Below, one piece after another: positions 1 to 8,684 of a DNA stretch of 32,000 nt. The translations under genes and the position numbers were made by a program. Within the stretch, counting starts at the first letter, position 1; the number at the start of each line of letters is the position of its first letter. This DNA is from Candidatus Hadarchaeales archaeon (GTDB lineage Archaea; Hadarchaeota; Hadarchaeia; Hadarchaeales; Hadarchaeaceae). A model generated the notes under the pieces. That model saw nothing but the letters and a program-made list of their open reading frames with translations, had not been told where the DNA came from and made no database searches. Location: positions 1 to 32,000 of the forward strand of contig JAWBCC010000005.1 of assembly GCA_038823825.1 (NCBI GenBank), in the 5' to 3' direction.

Positions 1-3000
1 TACTTTCTAAAGCATATATGTAACGCTTTCCAGAAAGGATGTTTTCAGCGTAGCAGGCGACGGTAGATCCCACTATCCCTGGCCAGGGTGAAAGATTCTC
101 CCACCAGGCTGGCGCATATCTCCAGAACTGGTTGTCTGAAGTTGCTCTAATCATATAAAGAAACGCGCCATCAAAGGAGAGCCTATCATTCGCATAACTA
201 ACAGTCGCTGGAAGAGCTGTTAACGACTCCCATGTGTTCGTGACCACATTATATCGGTAGAAACTCGTTGTTGTTCCGCCCCGCACCGCGTATATGTAAT
301 TCTCGTTTATCACTTCCTGGGCCCCTCCGGCTCCCCAGCTGGCTGGCGCAGATGCAAGTTGCGTCCACGTGTTATCCGAAATCCTATATCTCCAGTACTG
401 GTTTGTTCCGCCCGGAGCATAGTAGAGGAAACCTCCTACTGCCACGAGTGAGGATCCGCTTGCGGGCGGCGGTGGAGTTCCTCCATAAGGCAGATTGTAA
501 AGTTTGGTCCACGTGTTTGAAGTTATAGAATATACGTAAAGCCCGTTTTCGGAGGATCCGTTAAGTATCGCATAAATACTGCTCCCACCTCCCCATGCTA
601 TGCAACTTCCGGAGTACTGATATACCGGAGTGTTTGCAAGAGTCTCCCACTTATTCTCCGGAATGTTGTATCTCCAGAAGTTGGGGGTACCGGATCCTCC
701 TCTGGTCATGTAAATGTAATTATCTTTAGTCCACACCATTCCGCTCCCGGCAGTGGTGGTCGATCCGGGATTTGTTCCCAGATTTTCCCACACATTCTCA
801 AAAATATCAAACCTATACATGTACCGTGTATCAAACGCATAGATATATCTCTTCCCAGAAGCTGAATTTTCTGCATAACAAGCTGTAACATTTTGATTTG
901 TTAATCCGGGCCAAGCTGGTAGATTTTCCCATTCTTCCGTCAACGTTTTTGCGACCGCGTTGCTCGCCTCGCTTATTATCTCGCACAACCCGTCAACGGT
1001 TCTGGTACGCCCGAAACCGGAAGAAGCCCCCACTCTCAAAGATGAATCAGCCAGAACTCTGGGCTCCGAAGAAACGATGGCATCACTACCGATCGTTAAA
1101 GTTGGAGTTTCTGCTTCGAGCGATAGCCTTTCCCAGCTAACAACAGCACCGAGATCGAAAACCCTAGAAAGATACCAACCTGAAAGAGCAAAACGCTGCT
1201 TAAATTCCCATATTTCCCCGCCACCCAATCCTGATGGATTCCCTGCCCAGAAGAGTATTCTGCCAGCTGCATAGGCAATTCTAGGTCCGACATAGTAGTC
1301 TATGCGCCAAGGAAGATTCGGGAATCTCTCCCATTTGTTTTCCTTTATGTTAAATCTGTAGAAGTTGTCGCTGTGCTCTTCCCAGCATGATCCGCCTCCA
1401 GCCGCATAGATGTAATCCTCTTCACCAATCCAAAGGAGAGATGCCCCGTCTCCGACGCCTCCAGTCTCCAACTCGAGAAGTGAGGGAAGATTCTCCCACC
1501 GATTTTCGAGAAGATCAAATCTAGCAAAATTACCGTTGGGGGTCGCTTCAGGCACTTCACCCTGTAAAGCATACAGATACCTTCCACCTGCCCAGACCAA
1601 AGAAGCCCCATCGTCCGTCTGATTATCCCAATTTGGATGGAACGGTAAGATTTCCCACTTGTTTTCCCTAACTGAGTATCTAGCAAAAATCGAAGCATGA
1701 CCACGATAATAACCTCCAGGTCTAGCTTGCTTCCCGAGAAAAGCGTAGAGGTAATTGTCATCATAAACTCCTAGAACCCGACCAGGTACCCACACGAGAG
1801 CATTCCCAGCCCCCTGTCCAGCATAATTTTCGTAAGAGCCCACCGGGTTTACGTAGGGAGTGTCGGCAAGCCTTACCCATCGATTCTCAGAGATGATGTA
1901 GCACCAGAATTCGTAGCGATTGTCATCCGTTCTCCCTCCGGCCAGCGCATATATCCGGTCTCCGTTGTCCCAAGCGAGCACGGTCCCTGAACGGAAGGTG
2001 CCATCAGGAGGCCTAGCTAAGCCTTCCCACCATTTATTTTCTGGATTGTATCTCACGAAATACGCCCGATCCGTCGCACTCCAGCATCTAGCAATGTAAA
2101 GATGTTTATCAGTTCCAACAACGGCCTCTCCGTAACCTCCAGTGAAGTATGTGTTCTCACCTGTGTAAACCCAGTAACCGCTGGTCTCCACAAGCCTGAT
2201 CTCCGCTCCCTTGTGAAGTTTCCAGTTGTCAGTTATCGAAAAAACTGTGTTTTCACGTTCTCCCGGAATCATGTTCTCGAGTTCCGCAGGAATGTCCTCA
2301 AAAAGAACCGTAACAGTTCTAAAGAGCGTTACGCGGTCATCCAGGTATCCTGTAACCAAAATATCAGGCCAGCCGTTAGCATCGATATCTACCACAACCA
2401 TTTCTGACCTTACGTTTCCCGGTCGCTCATACGCCCAGAGGAGAGCTCCGTTTTTCCCATGTAGCGCGTATATCCTGGCGTTTTCTCCTACTCTGTTTTC
2501 GATTTCCGCAGAATCCGTTCCAAAGAGGACATCAAAAACGCCGTCGCCGTTGACATCCGCAATCGTTGGAGATGAGAGGATCTCGTTGCTTGTTCCAAAC
2601 GACCAGAGAACCGTACCGTCCTCGCCTTTGAGACAGAAAACCCTTCCAGCCCTCGAAGCTACAACAACCTCAACCTTTCCGTCTCCGTCCAGATCTCCAA
2701 CTGCTGGATCCGTCTGGACGTAAGGAATTGTGGAAAAGGGGACTGACCAGATCGGTTGTCCATCACTTGCTCTTAAAGCATGAACACCGTTTTCCCAAGT
2801 GCAGACTATTAAATCTGGGGAACCGTCTCCGTTTATGTCCGCGATCGGAACAGTGGAATATATTTTACCTCCAACAGACCTGCTCCACTTTATCTGCCCG
2901 TTATCACCGTAAACGACGTAGACTTTTCCGTTGACGGAACCGAAAACTACCTCGACTTTCCCGTCACCATCAACATCCGAAACGCTTGGAGCCGAGAAGA

Positions 3001-3601
3001 CATTTCCGTCTATAGAGACCGTCCAGAGGACGGAGCCGTTCTCACCTTTAAGGGCGTAAACATACGGACGGAGCTCGAAAATCGTGGAAGGATAGCCAAG
3101 ATTGAAGACGATTTCCGGCTTTCCGTCACCGTTCACGTCATAGATCACTGGGGCGGCCTGCGAACCCATCCCGATGTTGAACTTCCAGACGAGATCTCCA
3201 TTTTCCGCGTTCAGAACGTAAAACCAGCCATCAAGCGAGCTGAACGCAACCTCCAGTTTTCCGTCTCCGTTAACGTCCCCAACCGCCGGGGTCGAGTAAA
3301 CCGGACCACCCGTTGAATAACTCCACTTTATCGAACCATCGGCGTTTATCGAATAAAGCCTGTTGTCCCTCGAACCCACGAATATAACCTTCCTTCCACC
3401 CAAATCCGCTACAACTGGCGAGCCAAGATGGTTTGAACCCAGCCTGTTTTCACCTTTCAATTCGAGACGGGTTATCCGGGCAAAAGGTTTTGACTCGGCT
3501 TTGCCTGTCCTCGCTGGGTTTCCTCTCCCGACTGGCCACTCTGCAGCAGTTAACGGAGTCCCAACTATAGAAATGAATACCGTCAACACTAGCACATACA
3601 T
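1..3601 (-). CDS. Large secreted multi-propeller protein. It has a signal peptide, 7 PQQ/FG-GAP-like blades and two blocks of Kelch-like repeats. The C-terminus lies beyond the left window edge.
   Basis: The gene is missing from the ORF track because it has no stop inside the window. My translation of the minus strand in the frame of ATG 3601 stays open to base 1, about 1200 codons. The N-terminus MYVLVLTVFISIVGTPLTAAEW looks like a Sec signal; an alternative TTG start at 3631 would add ARYFPSRFL. Seven repeats combine xxYALxxxxGxxxW with D(V/I)(N/D)GDGxxE(V/I)V, for example GDVNGDGKLEV, DVDGDGKVEVV and GDLDGDGKVEVVV. At least 11 repeats of (F/Y)(W/Y)R(Y/F)NxxxNxWExLxxxP follow, in two blocks separated by a spacer of about 120 aa. 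Confidence 0.8.
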   Translation of the reverse strand, partial: MYVLVLTVFISIVGTPLTAAEWPVGRGNPARTGKAESKPFARITRLELKGENRLGSNHLGSPVVADLGGRKVIFVGSRDNRLYSINADGSIKWSYSTGGPVYSTPAVGDVNGDGKLEVAFSSLDGWFYVLNAENGDLVWKFNIGMGSQAAPVIYDVNGDGKPEIVFNLGYPSTIFELRPYVYALKGENGSVLWTVSIDGNVFSAPSVSDVDGDGKVEVVFGSVNGKVYVVYGDNGQIKWSRSVGGKIYSTVPIADINGDGSPDLIVCTWENGVHALRASDGQPIWSVPFSTIPYVQTDPAVGDLDGDGKVEVVVASRAGRVFCLKGEDGTVLWSFGTSNEILSSPTIADVNGDGVFDVLFGTDSAEIENRVGENARIYALHGKNGALLWAYERPGNVRSEMVVVDIDANGWPDILVTGYLDDRVTLFRTVTVLFEDIPAELENMIPGERENTVFSITDNWKLHKGAEIRLVETSGYWVYTGENTYFTGGYGEAVVGTDKHLYIARCWSATDRAYFVRYNPENKWWEGLARPPDGTFRSGTVLAWDNGDRIYALAGGRTDDNRYEFWCYIISENRWVRLADTPYVNPVGSYENYAGQGAGNALVWVPGRVLGVYDDNYLYAFLGKQARPGGYYRGHASIFARYSVRENKWEILPFHPNWDNQTDDGASLVWAGGRYLYALQGEVPEATPNGNFARFDLLENRWENLPSLLELETGGVGDGASLLWIGEEDYIYAAGGGSCWEEHSDNFYRFNIKENKWERFPNLPWRIDYYVGPRIAYAAGRILFWAGNPSGLGGGEIWEFKQRFALSGWYLSRVFDLGAVVSWERLSLEAETPTLTIGSDAIVSSEPRVLADSSLRVGASSGFGRTRTVDGLCEIISEASNAVAKTLTEEWENLPAWPGLTNQNVTACYAENSASGKRYIYAFDTRYMYRFDIFENVWENLGTNPGSTTTAGSGMVWTKDNYIYMTRGGSGTPNFWRYNIPENKWETLANTPVYQYSGSCIAWGGGSSIYAILNGSSENGLYVYSITSNTWTKLYNLPYGGTPPPPASGSSLVAVGGFLYYAPGGTNQYWRYRISDNTWTQLASAPASWGAGGAQEVINENYIYAVRGGTTTSFYRYNVVTNTWESLTALPATVSYANDRLSFDGAFLYMIRATSDNQFWRYAPAWWENLSPWPGIVGSTVACYAENILSGKRYIYALES

Positions 3602-3673
3602 AAGAAAGCGAGAGGGGAAATACCTGGCCAAGACTTCTCCCTAAAAATTTTTTATTGTTTTTTGGTAAAAACT

Positions 3674-4357
3674 TTACGTAAACTCCAGAAAGCGCGAAAT
3701 CAATGCCCAATATATATCTCCTATGATAACTGCCAAGACCAGCCCTGCAAAAAGAATCGGTGCGAATGGTGTTCCAATTTTTACTCTTATTCTTTTGGGA
3801 ATCTTTCCTTCATGAGCTAACCTCTTTATCTCTCTCACCTCATATCTGGTCAGACCAGCCGCTCTTTTCGGATCTCCGTAGACTTTTCCTTGATGGGCGA
3901 TAGTCTCCGCAGGTATCATTCCTTCCTTCAAATCATCCACATGAACTGTCTGATAAAAAATACCCTTTCTCCTTCGGATTATGGCAAAAAAGGGGAGACT
4001 AAACACTGTTAAAATAACGGAATTAAAGAGAACTGAAATGAAAAGCGGGTAAGGAGACCCAGTCGTGAAAGGAAGAAGCGCACCTAGACCAGTAAAAAGC
4101 TTTACGTCCCCGCCCGCCCATCCGCCGATCGAGTAGAGAGCTATCCCTAAAATGAATGCCGCGATTGCTCCCAGCGCCCCTGCAAAAATCTCCCATATTT
4201 CACCCCTCACCGCTCCGGAAACACCGTGGTAGATTATGCCAAAAGCAATCATTGGATATGTGATTTTGTTTGGTATTATCTTTCGCCTGATATCGGTATA
4301 CGCTGCAAGTGATGTGAAAATCAGGGAAATGAAAAGCGGGATTTCCATCCCACTCAC
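3674..4357 (-). CDS. A24-family archaeal prepilin/preflagellin peptidase (FlaK/PibD-like)
   Basis: 227 aa polytopic membrane protein. The first catalytic Asp is in AAYTDIRRKIIPN (D22) and the second in GGWAGGDVKLF (D84, GxGD-type). A soluble insert (RRRKGIFYQTVHVDDLKEG...RIRVKIG) precedes the last TM helix, as in FlaK-type enzymes. Confidence 0.85.
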   Translation of the reverse strand: MSGMEIPLFISLIFTSLAAYTDIRRKIIPNKITYPMIAFGIIYHGVSGAVRGEIWEIFAGALGAIAAFILGIALYSIGGWAGGDVKLFTGLGALLPFTTGSPYPLFISVLFNSVILTVFSLPFFAIIRRRKGIFYQTVHVDDLKEGMIPAETIAHQGKVYGDPKRAAGLTRYEVREIKRLAHEGKIPKRIRVKIGTPFAPILFAGLVLAVIIGDIYWALISRFLEFT

Positions 4358-4719
4358 TTTGAAATCTCCCTTTTAAATATAAGGAGACCGCGATACCATA
4401 TTTTCAGAACATCCCCATTTTCGATTCTTATGTCACAGTTGATAATGACCGGGATGTTTTCTATAATCAGCGAATTTCCCTCACCCCGCACGAGCTTTCT
4501 GTCGTTCCTAAAGATTGCCCAAGTCCAATCAGTATTCTCGATATTTTCTCTATCACCCCGGATATTTTCCGGCAATAGGATAATTGCCATTCCGTTTTCA
4601 GCAATTTGCACAGAGGCTTCGAGCGTCACGTTCGGAACAGCAAGCATAACTGAGAAAAACGCAACAGAAATTATGAGAATTGCTGCCGTCGATATCAGCA
4701 GATAGTCCGATATGTCCAT
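4354..4719 (-). CDS. Small N-terminally membrane-anchored protein, possibly a divergent pilin-like substrate
   Basis: 121 aa. A single N-terminal hydrophobic helix (MDISDYLLISTAAILIISVAFFSVMLAV) is followed by a beta-rich soluble part. Its stop overlaps the peptidase start by 4 bp. No family was recognised. Confidence 0.6.
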   Translation of the reverse strand: MDISDYLLISTAAILIISVAFFSVMLAVPNVTLEASVQIAENGMAIILLPENIRGDRENIENTDWTWAIFRNDRKLVRGEGNSLIIENIPVIINCDIRIENGDVLKIWYRGLLIFKREISK

Positions 4720-4747
4720 ATCGCTCAGAAAATGATGTTTTCACGAT

Positions 4748-4766
4748 TACATATAAGTAGTACATA
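4748..4766. promoter_or_regulatory. Putative shared (bidirectional) TATA region between the divergent rnf operon and the 4719 gene
   Basis: The sequence TACATATAAGTAGTACATA contains CATATAAG, which reads CTTATATG on the other strand. It lies about 40 nt upstream of the rnfC GTG (4793) and about 33 nt upstream of ATG 4719. TACATA occurs twice, 13 bp apart. An SD-like GAGGGGATGAGG directly precedes the rnfC start. Confidence 0.35.
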
Positions 4767-4792
4767 CAAACTCGTTTTACAGAGGGGATGAG

Positions 4793-6067
4793 GTGTTCAG
4801 AAAATTTAAAGGAGGAATAAAACTTCCTCACCTAAAGCCTACGGCTGGCTTTACGATCGAAAGAATGAAGCTTCCGTCTCTCGTCGTCGTGCCGTTAAAG
4901 CAGCACATAGGGGCGGTGTGCGAACCACTAGTTCAAAAAGGAGAGAAGGTTAAAACTGGACAGAAAATTGGGGATTCCCATGCGAATCTTTCTGCTCCAG
5001 TTCATTCGCCGATTTCGGGAGTCGTCAAAGAGGTCAGGATGCATCCGATTCCAACCGGAGAAGAGGTTCCGAGCATATTCATCGAAAGCGATGGTGTTGA
5101 TGAATGGGTAGAAACTTCCGGAATCGATCCGGAGAAAGCCGGAAGGGAGGAAATACTTTCGAAAATAAGAGAAGCTGGAATTGTTGGGCTCGGAGGGGCG
5201 GCGTTTCCTACTCACGTGAAACTGAACCCCCCAAAGAAGGTTGATACTCTCATAATCAACGGCTGCGAGGGAGAACCTTTCATCACAGCCGATCACCGTC
5301 TGATGCTCGAGTATCCAGAGCGGATTATGCGGGGTGTGGAGATAATGATGAAAGTTTGCGGAGCCGAAAGAGCAATCATCGCAATCGAGGAGGACAAGAG
5401 AGACGCCGAACAACAGCTGAAAAAATTTGAAACAGAACGAATAAAAATCGCGGTGTTACCATCTAGATATCCACAAGGTGATGAGAGACATCTAATCAAA
5501 GCATTACTCAGAAGAGAGGTTCCAGCTGGCGGTCTTCCTTTTGACGTTGGAGTGGTGGTTCAAAATGTGGCTACAGCGAAGGCAGTGGCTGATGCTATTC
5601 TAGACGGAAAACCTCTGATTGAGCGGATAGTGACAGTCACCGGCGCAGTCCGATTACCGAAAAATCTCTTGGTCAGAATTGGAACCCTTTTTTCTGCTCT
5701 CATTGAAGAATGCGGCGGACCAGCCAGAGAATATGACAAGATAGTTGCCGGAGGTCCCATGATGGGTTTTGCACAGTGGTGCGATATACCAGTCATAAAG
5801 GGAACTAACTGCGTTCTGCTCATGAAATCCGTAGAAGATGAAGAGAGAGATTGTATAAGATGCGGAAGGTGTGTGGATGTTTGCCCGATGGGGCTTGAAC
5901 CAACCATGCTCGCTTCTTTTTCCAAGAAAAAAATGTTTGACAAATGTCTGGAATATCGGGTGACCAGTTGTGATGAATGTGGATGCTGTGCCTATGTCTG
6001 TCCCTCAAAAATCCCCCTCGTGCAATATATCAAGCTAGCAAAAGATGCACTGAGGAGATCCGCATGA
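4793..6067 (+). CDS. rnfC: Rnf electron transport complex subunit C
   Basis: 424 aa with a GTG start. The N-terminus MFRKFKGGIKLPHLK...LKQHIGAVCEPLV is RnfC-typical. GLGGAAFPTHVK is the nucleotide/FMN-binding motif. There are two ferredoxin-type clusters, CIRCGRCVDVCP and CDECGCCAYVCP. It is the first gene of an rnfCDGEAB array. Confidence 0.9.
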   Translation: MFRKFKGGIKLPHLKPTAGFTIERMKLPSLVVVPLKQHIGAVCEPLVQKGEKVKTGQKIGDSHANLSAPVHSPISGVVKEVRMHPIPTGEEVPSIFIESDGVDEWVETSGIDPEKAGREEILSKIREAGIVGLGGAAFPTHVKLNPPKKVDTLIINGCEGEPFITADHRLMLEYPERIMRGVEIMMKVCGAERAIIAIEEDKRDAEQQLKKFETERIKIAVLPSRYPQGDERHLIKALLRREVPAGGLPFDVGVVVQNVATAKAVADAILDGKPLIERIVTVTGAVRLPKNLLVRIGTLFSALIEECGGPAREYDKIVAGGPMMGFAQWCDIPVIKGTNCVLLMKSVEDEERDCIRCGRCVDVCPMGLEPTMLASFSKKKMFDKCLEYRVTSCDECGCCAYVCPSKIPLVQYIKLAKDALRRSA

Positions 6068-6987
6068 ACAAGCTGGTTGTTTCTCCAAGTCCTCACATAA
6101 AAGATTCCATAACAGTAGAGGAGATAATGTATTCCGTCATTATCGCGCTCGTTCCGGCGGTCGTGGCTGGGGCATACTTTTTCGGGATCGAAATTCTAGC
6201 CGTGATAGCTGTATCAATTCTGACGGCCGTGGTTACCGAATACGTCGCAATGAAGCTAATGAAAAGAAAATTCAGAAATGACGGGAGCGCGATTCTCACA
6301 GGTTTGTTGCTCGCTCTCACACTTCCACCCACGGTTCCTCTCTGGATACCAGCTGTAGGGGCATTTTTCGCCATAGCGATTGTGAAATGTGCATTCGGAG
6401 GACTCGGGCACAACATCTTTAATCCTGCATTGGCTGGAAGAATCTTTCTTGCCCTTTCTTGGCCATCTCTGATGAGAAAATGGCCCGAGTGGGTGGGTCC
6501 TGACGGAATAACCACGGCTACCCCACTTCAATTATGGAAGTTTCAAAACACTCTCACTCCCTATTTCAAACTTTTCATCGGAAATGTTGGCGGATGCATA
6601 GGTGAGACTTCCGCTCTGGCATTGCTCATAGGCGGCCTCTTTCTGATTTCCAGAAAATACATAGACTGGAAGATTCCAGTCTCTTTCATAGGAACCGTTG
6701 GGCTCCTGATGTTTCTGCTCGGTCAGGATCCGATCTTCCACATACTGGCGGGAGGACTTTTCCTTGGAGCATTTTTCATGGCAACGGACTATGTGACCAC
6801 TCCATTGACCGGGAAGGGTAGAGTGATCTTTGGTGTCGGGGCTGGAATTCTGGTTGTCATTTTCCGAATGTATAGTGGGATGACTGAAGGTGTGGCGTTC
6901 TCGATTCTCATCATGAACGCCTTTACACCTTTGATAGATAAGGTCATCAAACCCAAGGTTTATGGAACCACAAAGGTGAAAACATGA
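6064..6987 (+). CDS. rnfD: Rnf complex subunit D
   Basis: Polytopic NqrB/RnfD-like membrane protein. I place the start at ATG 6064 (MNKLVVSPSPHIKD), overlapping the rnfC stop as ATGA; the track start at 5977 lies inside rnfC. The covalent-FMN type motif DGITTATPL is at 6502-6528. Confidence 0.9.
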   Translation: MNKLVVSPSPHIKDSITVEEIMYSVIIALVPAVVAGAYFFGIEILAVIAVSILTAVVTEYVAMKLMKRKFRNDGSAILTGLLLALTLPPTVPLWIPAVGAFFAIAIVKCAFGGLGHNIFNPALAGRIFLALSWPSLMRKWPEWVGPDGITTATPLQLWKFQNTLTPYFKLFIGNVGGCIGETSALALLIGGLFLISRKYIDWKIPVSFIGTVGLLMFLLGQDPIFHILAGGLFLGAFFMATDYVTTPLTGKGRVIFGVGAGILVVIFRMYSGMTEGVAFSILIMNAFTPLIDKVIKPKVYGTTKVKT

Positions 6988-7505
6988 ATACCAGAGAGAT
7001 CATGGTTTTGACCATAATCTGCATAATTTCCGGTTTCTGCCTTTTTGCAGTCCACAATCTCGTGAAGGAAAGGATAGAAAAAACTGAAAACACTGAAATG
7101 ATCAGACTTTTGTCCGAAATTTTTCCCTCCTCGGAATTCGCAGAAGAAAACGGGATATATCTCGCGCGGAGCAAAGAAAATGGAGAATTGGAGGGATACA
7201 TAGCGATGGCAGAAGGGAAGGGATATGGTGGTAGCATCTCGTTAATGATTGGAATCCACAAAGATGGGACTATCAAAAAGGTCAAAATCCTAAAACAGAG
7301 CGAGACTCCAGGGCTCGGGGCAAGGATAACGGAAGAAAACTTTCTTGCTCAATTTGAGGGGAAAAGCGTCGATGAGGTAATGCTCAAGAGAGATGGTGGA
7401 ACAATAGACGCAATAAGCGGGGCTACCATAAGCTCGCGGGCAGTCGTGGAAGCTGTCAGAGAGAAGATGCTCGAACTGGCTTATCTTTGGGGGTCCGCGG
7501 GATGA
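6984..7505 (+). CDS. rnfG: Rnf complex subunit G (FMN-binding)
   Basis: 173 aa with one N-terminal TM helix. The FMN_bind-type domain carries the flavinylation motif DAISGATISSRAV at 7407-7436. ATGA overlaps occur at both ends. Confidence 0.9.
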   Translation: MNTREIMVLTIICIISGFCLFAVHNLVKERIEKTENTEMIRLLSEIFPSSEFAEENGIYLARSKENGELEGYIAMAEGKGYGGSISLMIGIHKDGTIKKVKILKQSETPGLGARITEENFLAQFEGKSVDEVMLKRDGGTIDAISGATISSRAVVEAVREKMLELAYLWGSAG

Positions 7506-8098
7506 AGGAGTTCACAAAGGGGATTTTGAAAAGAAATCCGATATTTTACCTCATGCTTGGTCTATGTCCTACGCTTGCGATTACGACAGCTGTCGAAAAC
7601 GCCTTGATAATGTCCGCCGCATTCCTTTTCGTGATGATCCCGTCGGCCGCGATAATCTCGATGGTTAGAAGGTGGATCCCAAGAAATGTGAGAATCCCAT
7701 CTTTCATTGTCATAATTGCAACCTTCACAACCATCATCGACCTCCTCATCCACGGCTTCCTGCCCAGATTTTACGAAGTTTTGGGAATATTCATCCCACT
7801 CATCGTCGTGAACTGCATAGTTATGGGGAGAGTAGAAGCATTTGCCTCGAAAAATCCGGTTAGAGAATCAATACTTGATGCTGCTGGCATGGGGATCGGA
7901 TTTTCGGCCGCCATTGTCGTCGTTTCTATAATAAGAGAATTGCTCGGAAGAGGTTATGTAGAGATCTTCGGATATACGGTGATTCCCTCTTTTACCCGGT
8001 CGCCAATCGGAGTGATGATTCTTCCGCCAGGAGCTTTTCTCACGATCGGGATAATCATAGCGATTTTCAAGAAGAAGGGGTTGCTTAAAGGGGTGTGA
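7502..8098 (+). CDS. rnfE: Rnf complex subunit E
   Basis: NPIFYLMLGLCPTLAITTAVENAL is typical of RnfE/NqrD. The start at ATG 7502 overlaps the rnfG stop. Confidence 0.9.
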   Translation: MKEFTKGILKRNPIFYLMLGLCPTLAITTAVENALIMSAAFLFVMIPSAAIISMVRRWIPRNVRIPSFIVIIATFTTIIDLLIHGFLPRFYEVLGIFIPLIVVNCIVMGRVEAFASKNPVRESILDAAGMGIGFSAAIVVVSIIRELLGRGYVEIFGYTVIPSFTRSPIGVMILPPGAFLTIGIIIAIFKKKGLLKGV

Positions 8099-8101
8099 TG
8101 C

Positions 8102-8680
8102 TTGGAGAACCTGCTCGCCATAGCAGTCGGAATGATACTCGTCAATAACATCGTGCTCACGAGATTTCTCGGTCTCTGTTCGTTCTTCGGGGTTTCGAGA
8201 AGAATAAGAGATGCGCTCGGAATGGGGATCGCCGTGACTTTCGTGATGACATGCTCCGCTGCGATCACTTGGTTTGTGTACGAATATCTGCTTGTGCCTG
8301 CAGGTATTCAGTACATGAGAATAGTAGTGTTCATTCTAGTTATAGCCAGTTTCGTTCAGATGGTTGAAGTGATAGTGAGGAAAAAAGCTCCCAGTCTCTA
8401 TAGAGCGATGGGCATATATTTACCCCTCATTACAACAAACTGCGCGATTCTTGGTGTAGTTCTCATCAACACGGAGGTTGAAAGATATTCTTTCGTTGCG
8501 TCCACCGTTAGCGGTTTTTCTGCCGGCATAGGTTACGCTCTCGCGATCCTACTAATGGCCGGAATAAAAGAAAGGCTTGAAATCGCAGAAATACCCGAAT
8601 CATTCAGAGAATCTCCAATCGGCTTCATAATCGCTGCCCTTCTCGCTATGGTCTTCATGGGGTTTGGAGGGATGGTGTGA
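8102..8680 (+). CDS. rnfA: Rnf complex subunit A
   Basis: LVNNIVLTRFLGLCSFFGVS and YLPLITTNCAILG are typical of RnfA/NqrE. The start is TTG. Confidence 0.9.
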   Translation: MENLLAIAVGMILVNNIVLTRFLGLCSFFGVSRRIRDALGMGIAVTFVMTCSAAITWFVYEYLLVPAGIQYMRIVVFILVIASFVQMVEVIVRKKAPSLYRAMGIYLPLITTNCAILGVVLINTEVERYSFVASTVSGFSAGIGYALAILLMAGIKERLEIAEIPESFRESPIGFIIAALLAMVFMGFGGMV

Positions 8681-8684
8681 AAAA

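Noticed and set aside
5977-6063. The upstream extensions of rnfD (5977), rnfE (7487), rnfB (8664), hypA (13803) and the Mrp ATPase (14303) given in the ORF track
   Set aside because: All of them lie inside the preceding gene. Homolog-like N-termini and ATGA-type coupling support the downstream ATG starts.
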